DNA of 33,740 nt from a virus (Duplodnaviria; Caudoviricetes). The notes under the pieces were generated by a model that worked only from the letters and a program-made list of their open reading frames with translations, was not told the origin of the DNA and did no database searches. The translations under genes were made by a program, and so were the position numbers. The stretch lies in IMG/VR virus record IMGVR_UViG_3300006854_000237, positions 1-33,740 of that record; one strand, written 5' to 3'. Position 1 is the stretch's first letter. Each line of letters starts with the position of its first letter. This document shows, in pieces, positions 25,861-33,740 of the stretch.

Positions 25861-26421
25861 ATGCGGAAAAGGGCTCTGCTCAGGACGCCGAAGGCCGCTG
25901 ATCTCCTCGGGATTTCCCCCGCGACGCTGGCGAAGTGGCGCGTCGTGGGCGGTGGGCCGCCGTACTTCAAGCTCGGACGCGCTGTGGTCTACGACCTGAT
26001 CGAATTGCGGAAGTGGGCAGAGGAGCGGTCCCGGGCTTCAACGCGATCGGAGGTAGCGATGGGACGCAAGATCGAGATGGACCTCGAAGGCTTCGCGAAG
26101 TCGATGGCGAAGGCACGGGAGCGCGAACGGGAGCGCTGCGCGCGCGTGCTCGATGCGGCGGCCGACACCGCGCTCGGGCTCGGCCGGCCGAACCAAGCCA
26201 GCACGCTGCGTGAGCAGGCCGAGGCCCTCCGCGCGATCACCAACGCTGGCATTGTCATGGAGCTGCCCTCGCTCGCCGACGCGCCGCCCGAGACGGTCGT
26301 CGAGGAGATGGGCCTGCCGCCGGTGCGGCACATGGACGACTTCGCCGAAGGGGTCGCGCTGGTGCAGGGCGGGATGTGGAAAAACGGCCTGACGGGCCGC
26401 TTCCGTGATGGCGGATCATGA
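25861..26421 (+). CDS. AlpA/excisionase-like HTH protein with C-terminal extension
   Basis: LLRTPKAADLLGISPATLAKWRVVGGGPPYFKLGRAVVYDLIELRKW; internal in-frame GGAGGT-ATG at 26059. Confidence 0.75.
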   Translation: MRKRALLRTPKAADLLGISPATLAKWRVVGGGPPYFKLGRAVVYDLIELRKWAEERSRASTRSEVAMGRKIEMDLEGFAKSMAKARERERERCARVLDAAADTALGLGRPNQASTLREQAEALRAITNAGIVMELPSLADAPPETVVEEMGLPPVRHMDDFAEGVALVQGGMWKNGLTGRFRDGGS

Positions 26422-26608
26422 ACCGCCCCAGCCGAATCGCTGGATCTGGTGGGCGCTCAACGGGGAGTTCTTCGTGAGCCGCATTGACCCGCAGACGGGG
26501 CGCAACATCGTGGTGAGGGTGACAGACCGGCAGGAGGGCGAGCGCCTCTTGAGGGACCGCGCCCGCGCCTTGGCGGAGGCACTGAATCGCGTGTACGCAG
26601 GTGCATGA
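26408..26608 (+). CDS. Hypothetical protein
   Basis: Short ORF with ATGA overlap to the terminase gene. Confidence 0.55.
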   Translation: MADHEPPQPNRWIWWALNGEFFVSRIDPQTGRNIVVRVTDRQEGERLLRDRARALAEALNRVYAGA

Positions 26609-28119
26609 GTCCCAAGCCGTTCGATCCCAACCGGGTGCGCGTCCTGTGGGCTCCGTTCCCCGGGATGCAGACCAGCTTCGTCAACGCGGCCGAGTTCGAG
26701 GTCTTCGGCGGCGGGGCGAAGGGGCCGGGGAAGTCGGATTGCCTGATCGCGTCGGCGGTGCGGCAGGTCCACAAGCCGCGCTACAAGGCGCTCCTCTGCC
26801 GCGAGACCGGGCCGCAGATGGAGGAGCTGATCGACCGCACGCACCGGCTGTTTCCCAAGATGGGGTCACGCCCGTTTTGGCGGGGGGATCTGCGGCGTTG
26901 GACGTGGCCCTCGGGCGCGACGCTCAAATTCGAGGCGATCGGCACCCCGGCGGACGTCGACCGCATTCAGGGGAAGGAGTGGAGCTTCATCGGGCACGAC
27001 GAGGTCGCCAACGTGCCGGACGAGCGGACGATCGACTTGGAGCAGGCGGAGATCCGGTCGCCCGACCCGTCGATTCTTCGCATGTGGCGGGGCACCGGGA
27101 ACCCCGGGAAGGCGGGCCATACGTGGCTCAAGCGGCGCTTCATCAAGCCCTGCGGGGAGGACGGCCGGCGGATCATCATTCGCCGCGTGCGGCTGCCGAA
27201 CGGATCGGTCGCGCGCCTCAGTCGGCGCTTCATTCCGGGCACGGTGCTCGACAACCCGATCTATGCGACCGACCCGCTGTACATGGCCCAGCTTGCGACG
27301 CTGCCGGAAGTGCTGCGGCGGCAACTGCTGTACGGCGACTGGAACGCGGGCGTAGGCACAGCGCTGGACGAGCTGGACGAGGCGGTACATCTCGTCCGCC
27401 CGTTCAAGATCCCCCCCGACTGGCGGCACTTTGCTGGGCTCGACTACGGCTACGCGCACTGGTGGGTCTTGTGCTGGATGACGGTCACCGAGGACGGGGA
27501 CGTGTTCGTCATCGACACCGTGCGGGGCCGACGCCAGAAGCCGCCGCAAGTCGCCGAGCGGATCAAGTCGCGGGTGCCGGTCGAGAAGTTGGATTACATC
27601 CACTCAGACCTGTATCCCATGCAGGAGCGGAAAGATCGCTCCGACGCCACGCCTTCGATCCAAGAGGAGATGTTGCGGGATCACGACCTCGTGCTCGCGC
27701 AGGGCAACATCGACCGGAAGAAGGGCCTGAACAATCTACGCTATTACCTTGCGTGGCGCGGACTTGGACCCGAGGGAGCCGATGCAACGCCCGCGCTCCG
27801 CTTCTTCGACACGCCGGGCAATCGGTGGTTGTTCGAGCAGCTCGAAACGATGGTGACCGACGAGTCGGACCCCGAGGACGTGCTCAAGGTCGACTGCGAC
27901 CCGGAGACCGGCGAGGGCGGCGACGATGGCTACGACGCGCTCCGCGTGGGCATGGCGTCCCGGCCGGCGCGGCCGATCGGCACGTTCTTCAAGGGGCCGG
28001 TCCGCGCCTTCTCGAAGCAGACGTTGCACTTCATGGTCGAGCACCTGTACCGCGATCGCCCGCTCCCGGCGTCCATGTCGGACGACCCGGGGCTCTACAC
28101 GTATCTCACCGGAGTCTGA
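26605..28119 (+). CDS. terL: Terminase large subunit
   Basis: PFPGMQ, FGGGAKGPGKS (Walker A), IGHDEV (Walker B), GTGNPG, GLDYG and DDGYDALR (RNase H-like nuclease). Confidence 0.95.
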   Translation: MSPKPFDPNRVRVLWAPFPGMQTSFVNAAEFEVFGGGAKGPGKSDCLIASAVRQVHKPRYKALLCRETGPQMEELIDRTHRLFPKMGSRPFWRGDLRRWTWPSGATLKFEAIGTPADVDRIQGKEWSFIGHDEVANVPDERTIDLEQAEIRSPDPSILRMWRGTGNPGKAGHTWLKRRFIKPCGEDGRRIIIRRVRLPNGSVARLSRRFIPGTVLDNPIYATDPLYMAQLATLPEVLRRQLLYGDWNAGVGTALDELDEAVHLVRPFKIPPDWRHFAGLDYGYAHWWVLCWMTVTEDGDVFVIDTVRGRRQKPPQVAERIKSRVPVEKLDYIHSDLYPMQERKDRSDATPSIQEEMLRDHDLVLAQGNIDRKKGLNNLRYYLAWRGLGPEGADATPALRFFDTPGNRWLFEQLETMVTDESDPEDVLKVDCDPETGEGGDDGYDALRVGMASRPARPIGTFFKGPVRAFSKQTLHFMVEHLYRDRPLPASMSDDPGLYTYLTGV

Positions 28120-28121
28120 CC

Positions 28122-28481
28122 ATGCGCGTCGAAGACATCGCCCGCGTCGTCCACGAAGCTAACCGCGCCTACTGCGAGACGTTAGGCGACACCTCACAGC
28201 TCCCGTGGGACGCGGCGGCGGGCTGGCAGCGCGAGAGCGCGATTGCCGGCATCCGGGCCGTGGCCGATGGCCTAGCCACGTCGGCGGAGGAGCAGCACGA
28301 GGCGTGGTGCACCATCAAGGTGCGGGAGGGCTGGGTGTACGGCACGACGAAAGACCCGGTCGCGAAGACGCATCCGTGTCTCGTGCCGTACGACAAGCTA
28401 CCGCTCGCCCAGCAGGTCAAGGACCATCTGTTCCGGGCGATCGTGACCACGCTGCTCGCGGCGGATCTCGCGGGGGTGTGA
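28122..28481 (+). CDS. RyR-domain protein
   Basis: AEEQHEAWCTIKVREGWVYGTTKDPVAKTHPCLVPYDKLPLAQQVKD. Confidence 0.88.
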   Translation: MRVEDIARVVHEANRAYCETLGDTSQLPWDAAAGWQRESAIAGIRAVADGLATSAEEQHEAWCTIKVREGWVYGTTKDPVAKTHPCLVPYDKLPLAQQVKDHLFRAIVTTLLAADLAGV

Positions 28482-28482
28482 C

Positions 28483-28734
28483 GTGAGCCAAGGGTTCCGC
28501 AAGCGCCCACCGTTAGGCGTCGCGCGCCGCGAGGAGCGCCTCTCGGAGTATTTCGACTTCGCGCGCTGGCCCGAGAAGGCGAGCTACAAGGTCACGCGCG
28601 CCGAGCTGCTCGCCATGTTGACGCGGCAACACCGCGTCGTGATCGAGAGTCGGTGGTACCGCCGGCTCTGGCGCTGGCTGGTCAGCCGGCGCGGCAGTGC
28701 GTCGAACGTCGTCCCGTCCCCGCCACCGCAGTGA
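28483..28734 (+). CDS. Hypothetical protein
   Basis: GTG start 1 nt after the upstream stop; RWYRRLWRWL amphipathic segment. Confidence 0.6.
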   Translation: MSQGFRKRPPLGVARREERLSEYFDFARWPEKASYKVTRAELLAMLTRQHRVVIESRWYRRLWRWLVSRRGSASNVVPSPPPQ

Positions 28735-28742
28735 GGCATCGC

Positions 28743-29165
28743 ATGGAGTTGTCGAGCATAGTGTTAGGCGTGTTCTTCGCCATCTGGGTCATCACGATCG
28801 GCGTGCTGAGCGCCGCGTGCTACGGCCTGTGGCGGCGCGAGCTGATCGCGGACGCGCGCCGGTTCACCGAGCACCAGCGGCTGCACGACTTCTATCGTGA
28901 GGCGCTCAAGCAGATCGGCGCGACCGTGACGTTCGGCACGCCGACACCGTCACCTGCCGTGGTGACCGAGTCGAGCGATCCGGAGCGGGATTTGCGAGCG
29001 CGCATCTCGGACGAGACGATGGCCGAGGGGGTGCGTGCCTTACGACGGGATTACGAGGCGATGGGCGTCAAGCCGCCCACGGACGAGGAGCTGATGGCGG
29101 AGGTCCGGTCGATCGTCGCCGGCTTCAGCCCCGAGCCCGTGCTCATGGTACCCGTGAGGGACTGA
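28743..29165 (+). CDS. Hypothetical membrane-anchored protein
   Basis: N-terminal TM segment IVLGVFFAIWVITIGVLSAACYGLW; TGATG overlap with the next gene. Confidence 0.65.
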   Translation: MELSSIVLGVFFAIWVITIGVLSAACYGLWRRELIADARRFTEHQRLHDFYREALKQIGATVTFGTPTPSPAVVTESSDPERDLRARISDETMAEGVRALRRDYEAMGVKPPTDEELMAEVRSIVAGFSPEPVLMVPVRD

Positions 29166-29575
29166 TGGCGATTCCAACGACGGTGATCGACCGCGTGCGG
29201 CTCAAGAAGCCGCTCTCCCCGATGCAGGAGGTCGTGGCGGTGCTCATTGGCATCGGCATGTCGCCGCCCGAGATCGCGCGCGAGCTGCACCTGTCGGTCT
29301 ACTCGGTGAAGACGTACATCCAGCTCGCGGCGCGGAAGATCCCCGGCGATCTCCCCTCGTGCGCGCGGATCGCGGCGTGGGTGCGGGGCGCGCCGAAGGA
29401 GGTGCTCACGGGCTACAGCCTGAAGGCGATCATCATGGACCAAGGGCGCGAAGCGATGCGGCGGTTCACCGCGCTGGCGGAGCAGAAGGTGGATCGTGAG
29501 GCGGCGGAACGTTTGACGGGACAAGGAGAACCATTAGTTTCCGCGACATCGGGCACGGAGGACTCCGCAGCATGA
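29165..29575 (+). CDS. LuxR-type HTH regulator
   Basis: PLSPMQEVVAVLIGIGMSPPEIARELHLSVYSVKTYIQLAARKI. Confidence 0.8.
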   Translation: MAIPTTVIDRVRLKKPLSPMQEVVAVLIGIGMSPPEIARELHLSVYSVKTYIQLAARKIPGDLPSCARIAAWVRGAPKEVLTGYSLKAIIMDQGREAMRRFTALAEQKVDREAAERLTGQGEPLVSATSGTEDSAA

Positions 29576-31965
29576 CGGCACCGGCGGTGATTACCAGCGA
29601 CAAGACCACGTCATCGGGCGGGGCCTCGTCGTGGTCCCGCTTCGTGCCGCTCCGCGAGAGCCCCACCGACGACGAGCCGCAGTACGACGGCGCGCGCCTG
29701 ACGCTCGTCCGGGCCGGCTGGTCGGCCTTCGACGATCTCGTCAGGCAACAGAACCGGCAGGTCGAGGAGAACGTCCGAATGCTGTGCGGGCTCCAGCACT
29801 CGGTCTACCATCCGATCACGGGGCGCTGGATCGACTCGACGGAGTGGATGCCCGAGGCTGAGCGCCGCTGGCGTGCGCGCCCGGTCATCAACGTCATCAA
29901 GCCGTGGGCGATCATTACGCAGGCGCGGATGACGGAGAACCAGCCGATCGTCACCTTCGTGCCCGGCCCCGATCGCGCCGACGCCGAGCTGGCCGAGATC
30001 CTCGACATCGCCATGAAGACGGCGTGGTTCGAGGCGAACATGGAGGACGTCCACGACCGGCTGTGCTCGTGGCTCCTCGCCGCCGGCCGGGGCCATCTCC
30101 TCACCCGCATCAACCCCCATAAGGGCCAGATGCGCCAGTGGACCGGGCAGGGGATGCTCCCGATGGTCGACCTCTACGACCAGCCGATCTCGGATCAGGA
30201 CGGCGGGCAGGGGCAGTACCCGATGCAGGAGGGCGTGCCGTACGGTCCCGATGGGCAGCCGCGCGCCAACTGGCGGGTCTCCGATCCCAGCGACCCCTCG
30301 CGCGGGGAGATGGTGCCCACGGGCGCGCCGCACGAGACACCGGTCGGCGCGATCGAGTGCGACGTGCTCGCCCCGATGCAGGTGCGCGGGAGCTGGGGGC
30401 CGCAGCCGTGGTACCAGAAGCGCCGGCACTTCATCCGCAGCTTCCACGCGCCCGAGGAAGTCTACGACATGTTCGGCATCGAGGTCGAGCCGACCGTGCG
30501 TGGCGGGCAGGTCTCGGACGTCGGGGAGCTGGAGCGGCTCCTCTACGGCACCGGCTTCTACGGCGCGGTCGAGGGGATGATCGACCGTTGGGGCGCGGCC
30601 TCGAACGTGGATGGCTACGTCGAGCTAACGCAGCTCTGGGAAGCGCCGTGCGCCCGTCCGGGGATGGAGAAGACGCCGGACCAGCCCGGCGGGCGCTGGC
30701 TCGTCGCCACCCCGGAGCGCGTGCTGCGGGACGGGCCTCGGCCGGCAGCGTTCCCCTACACCTCGCCGCTCAACACCTTCGAGTTCGTCCGCCTCGCCGG
30801 GCGGCCGGGGGGCTCGACGATTCAGGAGGATTTGAACCCGATCCAGCGCGCGATCAACGACGACCACGGCCGCATCCGCGATCACGTCGCGCTCAACGCC
30901 AACCCGCAGACGATGATCGACGCGCAGTCGGGGCTCAAGCCCGGGCAGCGCTCGAACATGCCGGGGCAGAACTACGTCGTGAACCGCCGGCCCGGCGTGC
31001 AGGCGATCGAGCATGTGCAGCCGCCGAAGCTCTCCGACGACGTCTACAAGCACATGGAGCAGATGGTCGCCTTCTTCAACCAGATCGGCTTCACGGCAGG
31101 GGCGAACGATCCGGGGACGCCCGGCGATTCGGGCGAGAAGGTGAAGGAGGTGCGGTTCAACACGGACCGCTTCCTCGGGCCGACCATGCGCCGGATGGCC
31201 GGCGAGTACGGGCGGCTCTACGAGAACTGGATGGCCTTCATGCCGCTGATCTGGGACATGGAGACCACGCTCCACTACGCGGGCGACGACAACATCGCGC
31301 GCACGGTGGTGATCTACCCCGAGCTGTGGAAGGAAGGGAAGTGCAACGTCCGCCCCGACGTCGAGTCGATGCTCCCCGAAGGGCGCGGCGAGAAGCAGGA
31401 GAAGGCGCTCACGTTCTACGGCATGGGGCTGTTCGGCGATCCGACCCTGCCGGCCGCGAAGCGGAAGTTCTGGGAGGTGGCGAACATGCCGCATCTCTCA
31501 CGCTTCGCCAAACCCGGCGGCGTCCACACGACCACAGCCGAGCAGGAGAACGGGAAGTTGGTGCTCGGCACCCCGGCGCAGATGATCCCCGTCTACGAGT
31601 GGTACGACGACGAGGCGCATCTCGCGGTGCACGAGAACTTCATGGCGAGCCCCGAGTTCCTGAAGATCGACCCCCAGCTCCAAGACGCCTTCGCCATGCA
31701 CCGGCAGGCGCACCTGTTCAATCAGTCCCAGAAGGCCGCCAAAGCCGCCGCGCAGATGAATGCGCTCGCAGGCATGGGCGTCCCCGGCGGAGCCGCTGGC
31801 GGGGGACGCCCGGGCGGCGGCGGGGGACCTCCATCGGCGAACGGTAAGAAGCCAGCAGGTGATACGTCCGGGCGACCGATTCCGCCTACTCCTCCGACGA
31901 CACCCGTGCCGGGTGGCGTCATGCCCACCGTTGCCGGCGCGACCGCGCCCGGCCTCACTCAGTAG
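29572..31965 (+). CDS. Portal protein (P22/podovirus-like)
   Basis: 797 aa between terminase and scaffold; RPVINVIKP...DRADAELAE...DLNPIQRAIN; Gly/Pro-rich C-terminal tail. Confidence 0.85.
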   Translation: MTAPAVITSDKTTSSGGASSWSRFVPLRESPTDDEPQYDGARLTLVRAGWSAFDDLVRQQNRQVEENVRMLCGLQHSVYHPITGRWIDSTEWMPEAERRWRARPVINVIKPWAIITQARMTENQPIVTFVPGPDRADAELAEILDIAMKTAWFEANMEDVHDRLCSWLLAAGRGHLLTRINPHKGQMRQWTGQGMLPMVDLYDQPISDQDGGQGQYPMQEGVPYGPDGQPRANWRVSDPSDPSRGEMVPTGAPHETPVGAIECDVLAPMQVRGSWGPQPWYQKRRHFIRSFHAPEEVYDMFGIEVEPTVRGGQVSDVGELERLLYGTGFYGAVEGMIDRWGAASNVDGYVELTQLWEAPCARPGMEKTPDQPGGRWLVATPERVLRDGPRPAAFPYTSPLNTFEFVRLAGRPGGSTIQEDLNPIQRAINDDHGRIRDHVALNANPQTMIDAQSGLKPGQRSNMPGQNYVVNRRPGVQAIEHVQPPKLSDDVYKHMEQMVAFFNQIGFTAGANDPGTPGDSGEKVKEVRFNTDRFLGPTMRRMAGEYGRLYENWMAFMPLIWDMETTLHYAGDDNIARTVVIYPELWKEGKCNVRPDVESMLPEGRGEKQEKALTFYGMGLFGDPTLPAAKRKFWEVANMPHLSRFAKPGGVHTTTAEQENGKLVLGTPAQMIPVYEWYDDEAHLAVHENFMASPEFLKIDPQLQDAFAMHRQAHLFNQSQKAAKAAAQMNALAGMGVPGGAAGGGRPGGGGGPPSANGKKPAGDTSGRPIPPTPPTTPVPGGVMPTVAGATAPGLTQ

Positions 31966-31973
31966 GGACCATC

Positions 31974-33329
31974 ATGGCCGCACCGCTCAAGCCCGAACCG
32001 GGCTCCAACGCGCAGATGATCGTGATGCCGAACACGGGGGCGTCTGCTCCCGCCAAGTCCAACATCGAGCAGGCGACCGACGAGGCCCGCGCGCGTCTCG
32101 CGCAGGGCGGCTCGGCGATGCCGCCCTCGTCCGCCGCTGCTGCACGCGCGGCCGCGCAGCCCCGGGTCGCCGGTGGGCAGCCGCAGGGCGGCCAGTTCGC
32201 GCAGGACCAGCTCCGCCGCGAGATCCCCGGCGGGCAGCCGGACGAGGCGGTCGAGGAGACGCCGCGCCCGGACCCGGGTGAGCAGCGCGAGGTCCGTCCC
32301 GAGGAGCACGGCGTCGTGCCGGACGAGCAGGGGCAGCCCCCGGTGCCGGACGAGGGCGACGAGGAGGGGGCGGACGTCCCCGAGGAGCGCGCGGTCGTCA
32401 TCCCCGGCCTCACCGAGGACGAGGAGGAGCTGCACGTCGAGTTTGAAGACCCCGCCGTCGCCTCGCGCCTGCGTGAGATCGTGAGCCAAGCCTCACAGAT
32501 CGACCGGCGCGAGCAGGAGGTGCTCCAATCCTTCGACGAGATCGACCAGATGCGCGAGTCGGTAACGACCGACCCGGTTGGCTTCGCGCTCAACGTCATC
32601 GGGCAGGACCAGCAGGCGCTCGACCATCTCGTGCTCGGTGCGCTGACGCAGCCCGAGGTGTGGCAGCGGCTCCAGCCGACACTCGCCAAGATGGTCGCGG
32701 ACCCGAACGAAGCGCGGCTCGTGGCGGCGGAGCAGAAGGGCCGCCGTGCCGACTATCGTGACGAGGCGAGTCGTGCCATCGTCCAGCGACGAGAGGTCCG
32801 CGAGAACCTCTCCCAGATTCAGCAAGCCGTCGCCAGCGTGATTCCCGAGACCCTTGACGCCGAGCGCGCCAATGTTGCCTTCGCGGACATGCTGCGCGAT
32901 CTGAAGGAATACGCAGATCGGTACGATCTGCTCACGATTCCGCTCCACGATTTACCGACACTGCTCCAGCGTCGCCTGACTGCTCTCGGGATTGACCCCG
33001 GAGAGGCCAGCCAGCGGATGCAGCGAGCCGCCCTTCGCCGCGCGCCTCGGGGTCGCTCCCCGCTGGCGGGTCGTGCACCAGCCGCGCCGAATGGCAACGG
33101 GCACCAGCCGCCTAACGGCCGGCCCAGCAGCAAGCCGAACGGGCAAGCGTTCGTCGCGAGCCAAGATCGCCGTCGCGCAGTGGCCGCCATCCCCTCCGGG
33201 GGCGCTGGCGCACCAACCTCGCGCAACGACCTCACGCCGCCACGAGACAAGGACGGGAACCCGCTCGGGATCGCCGCGACCATTGAATGGCATCGCGGCC
33301 GCGTGAAGAAAGGCGTAAAAGCCTACTGA
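31974..33329 (+). CDS. Putative capsid scaffolding protein
   Basis: Between portal and capsid genes; disordered acidic/Pro-rich N-terminus, helical core, basic C-terminal tail. Confidence 0.7.
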   Translation: MAAPLKPEPGSNAQMIVMPNTGASAPAKSNIEQATDEARARLAQGGSAMPPSSAAAARAAAQPRVAGGQPQGGQFAQDQLRREIPGGQPDEAVEETPRPDPGEQREVRPEEHGVVPDEQGQPPVPDEGDEEGADVPEERAVVIPGLTEDEEELHVEFEDPAVASRLREIVSQASQIDRREQEVLQSFDEIDQMRESVTTDPVGFALNVIGQDQQALDHLVLGALTQPEVWQRLQPTLAKMVADPNEARLVAAEQKGRRADYRDEASRAIVQRREVRENLSQIQQAVASVIPETLDAERANVAFADMLRDLKEYADRYDLLTIPLHDLPTLLQRRLTALGIDPGEASQRMQRAALRRAPRGRSPLAGRAPAAPNGNGHQPPNGRPSSKPNGQAFVASQDRRRAVAAIPSGGAGAPTSRNDLTPPRDKDGNPLGIAATIEWHRGRVKKGVKAY

Positions 33330-33366
33330 CAGCGCCACCCTCACTAGCAACTAGGAGCTGACGCTC

Positions 33367-33740
33367 ATGACACGGTTTGTTCGCTCGCGGCTGTTCTACC
33401 TCGGCCTCTTGGTCGGGGCGTCCCTCGCCGCGATGATCGTCGGGGCACACCCGGCGCTCGCCATGCCCTTCGTTGCGGGCGTGACGACGACGACGACGAG
33501 CCTCGACACGCTCATGAAGATCATCTACTCGGACCCGCTGATCCGCGACATCGTGGTCGAGTCCGAGCTGATGGACATGTTCAAAACGGACTTCAACATC
33601 CAGACGGACGAGACGACCGGCGGCAAGTACGTCTCGATGGCGCATTACCTTCGCCTCGCGGGCGCGGCCGGTGCCCGAGCCGAGAACGACTACATCCCGG
33701 TCCCGCAGGTCGTGCGCGCGATCGAGTCGCGCATCTTCCT
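33367..33740 (+). CDS. Major capsid protein (3'-truncated) with signal-peptide-like N-terminus
   Basis: Not in the ORF track because it runs off the window. AGGAG RBS; MTRFVRSRLFYLGLLVGASLAAMIVGAHPALAMPFVAGVTTTTTSLDTLMKIIYSDPLIRDIVVESELMDMFK...GARAENDYIPVP; position after scaffold and the LMKxxY...GARAE pattern fit HK97-fold coat proteins. Confidence 0.75.
   Translation, partial: MTRFVRSRLFYLGLLVGASLAAMIVGAHPALAMPFVAGVTTTTTSLDTLMKIIYSDPLIRDIVVESELMDMFKTDFNIQTDETTGGKYVSMAHYLRLAGAAGARAENDYIPVPQVVRAIESRIF

Larger units (their letters stand above)
1..33740. mobile_element. Tailed dsDNA bacteriophage genome segment (probably podovirus-like)
   Basis: Terminase-portal-scaffold-capsid module, YqaJ/RecT, replication initiator, holin/endolysin, and tightly overlapping small ORFs. 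No host housekeeping genes are visible. Confidence 0.95.

Noticed and set aside
2932-33116. TTAGGC as a telomere-like repeat or CRISPR/iteron array
   Set aside because: Copies are isolated, dispersed and irregularly spaced inside genes, not tandem and without spacers.
33484-33498. (ACG)5 microsatellite in the capsid gene
   Set aside because: Encodes a Thr run; triplet slippage would not shift the frame and there is no evidence for phase variation.
1-33740. tRNA, rRNA, CRISPR array, integrase, reverse transcriptase/DGR, introns or inteins
   Set aside because: No cloverleaf, repeat-spacer array, tyrosine/serine recombinase, YxDD reverse transcriptase or intein motifs were seen; the terminase is of normal length.

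Overview
High-GC (roughly 70%) tailed dsDNA phage DNA, most likely podovirus-like. No host genes, integrase, tRNA or CRISPR array are visible. The window reads as follows. (1) The 3' part of a giant virion/ejection-type polyvalent protein carrying an apparently intact GGDEF (diguanylate cyclase) domain. (2) A lysis cassette with a holin-like gene and a DUF1906/GH25-like endolysin. (3) A rightward recombination/replication operon: YqaJ exonuclease, RecT, a replication initiator with an embedded putative origin, VRR-NUC nuclease and DEDDh exonuclease, ending at an intrinsic terminator. (4) A leftward early/accessory operon with a sigma70-like promoter, a long structured leader containing a boxA-like element, and a MoxR/RavA AAA+ ATPase + VWA + conserved hypothetical module. 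(5) A rightward late region: papain-like peptidase, ChaB, thermonuclease, HD-like protein, terminase large subunit, RyR-domain protein, LuxR-type HTH, portal, scaffold and the start of a major capsid protein with a signal-peptide-like N-terminus. The most notable signals are the GGDEF enzyme inside a probable injected virion protein, a strongly over-represented heptamer GTTAGGC/GCCTAAC that forces rare TTA codons, and the signal-peptide-like capsid leader. All family calls come from motif recognition by eye, not database searches.
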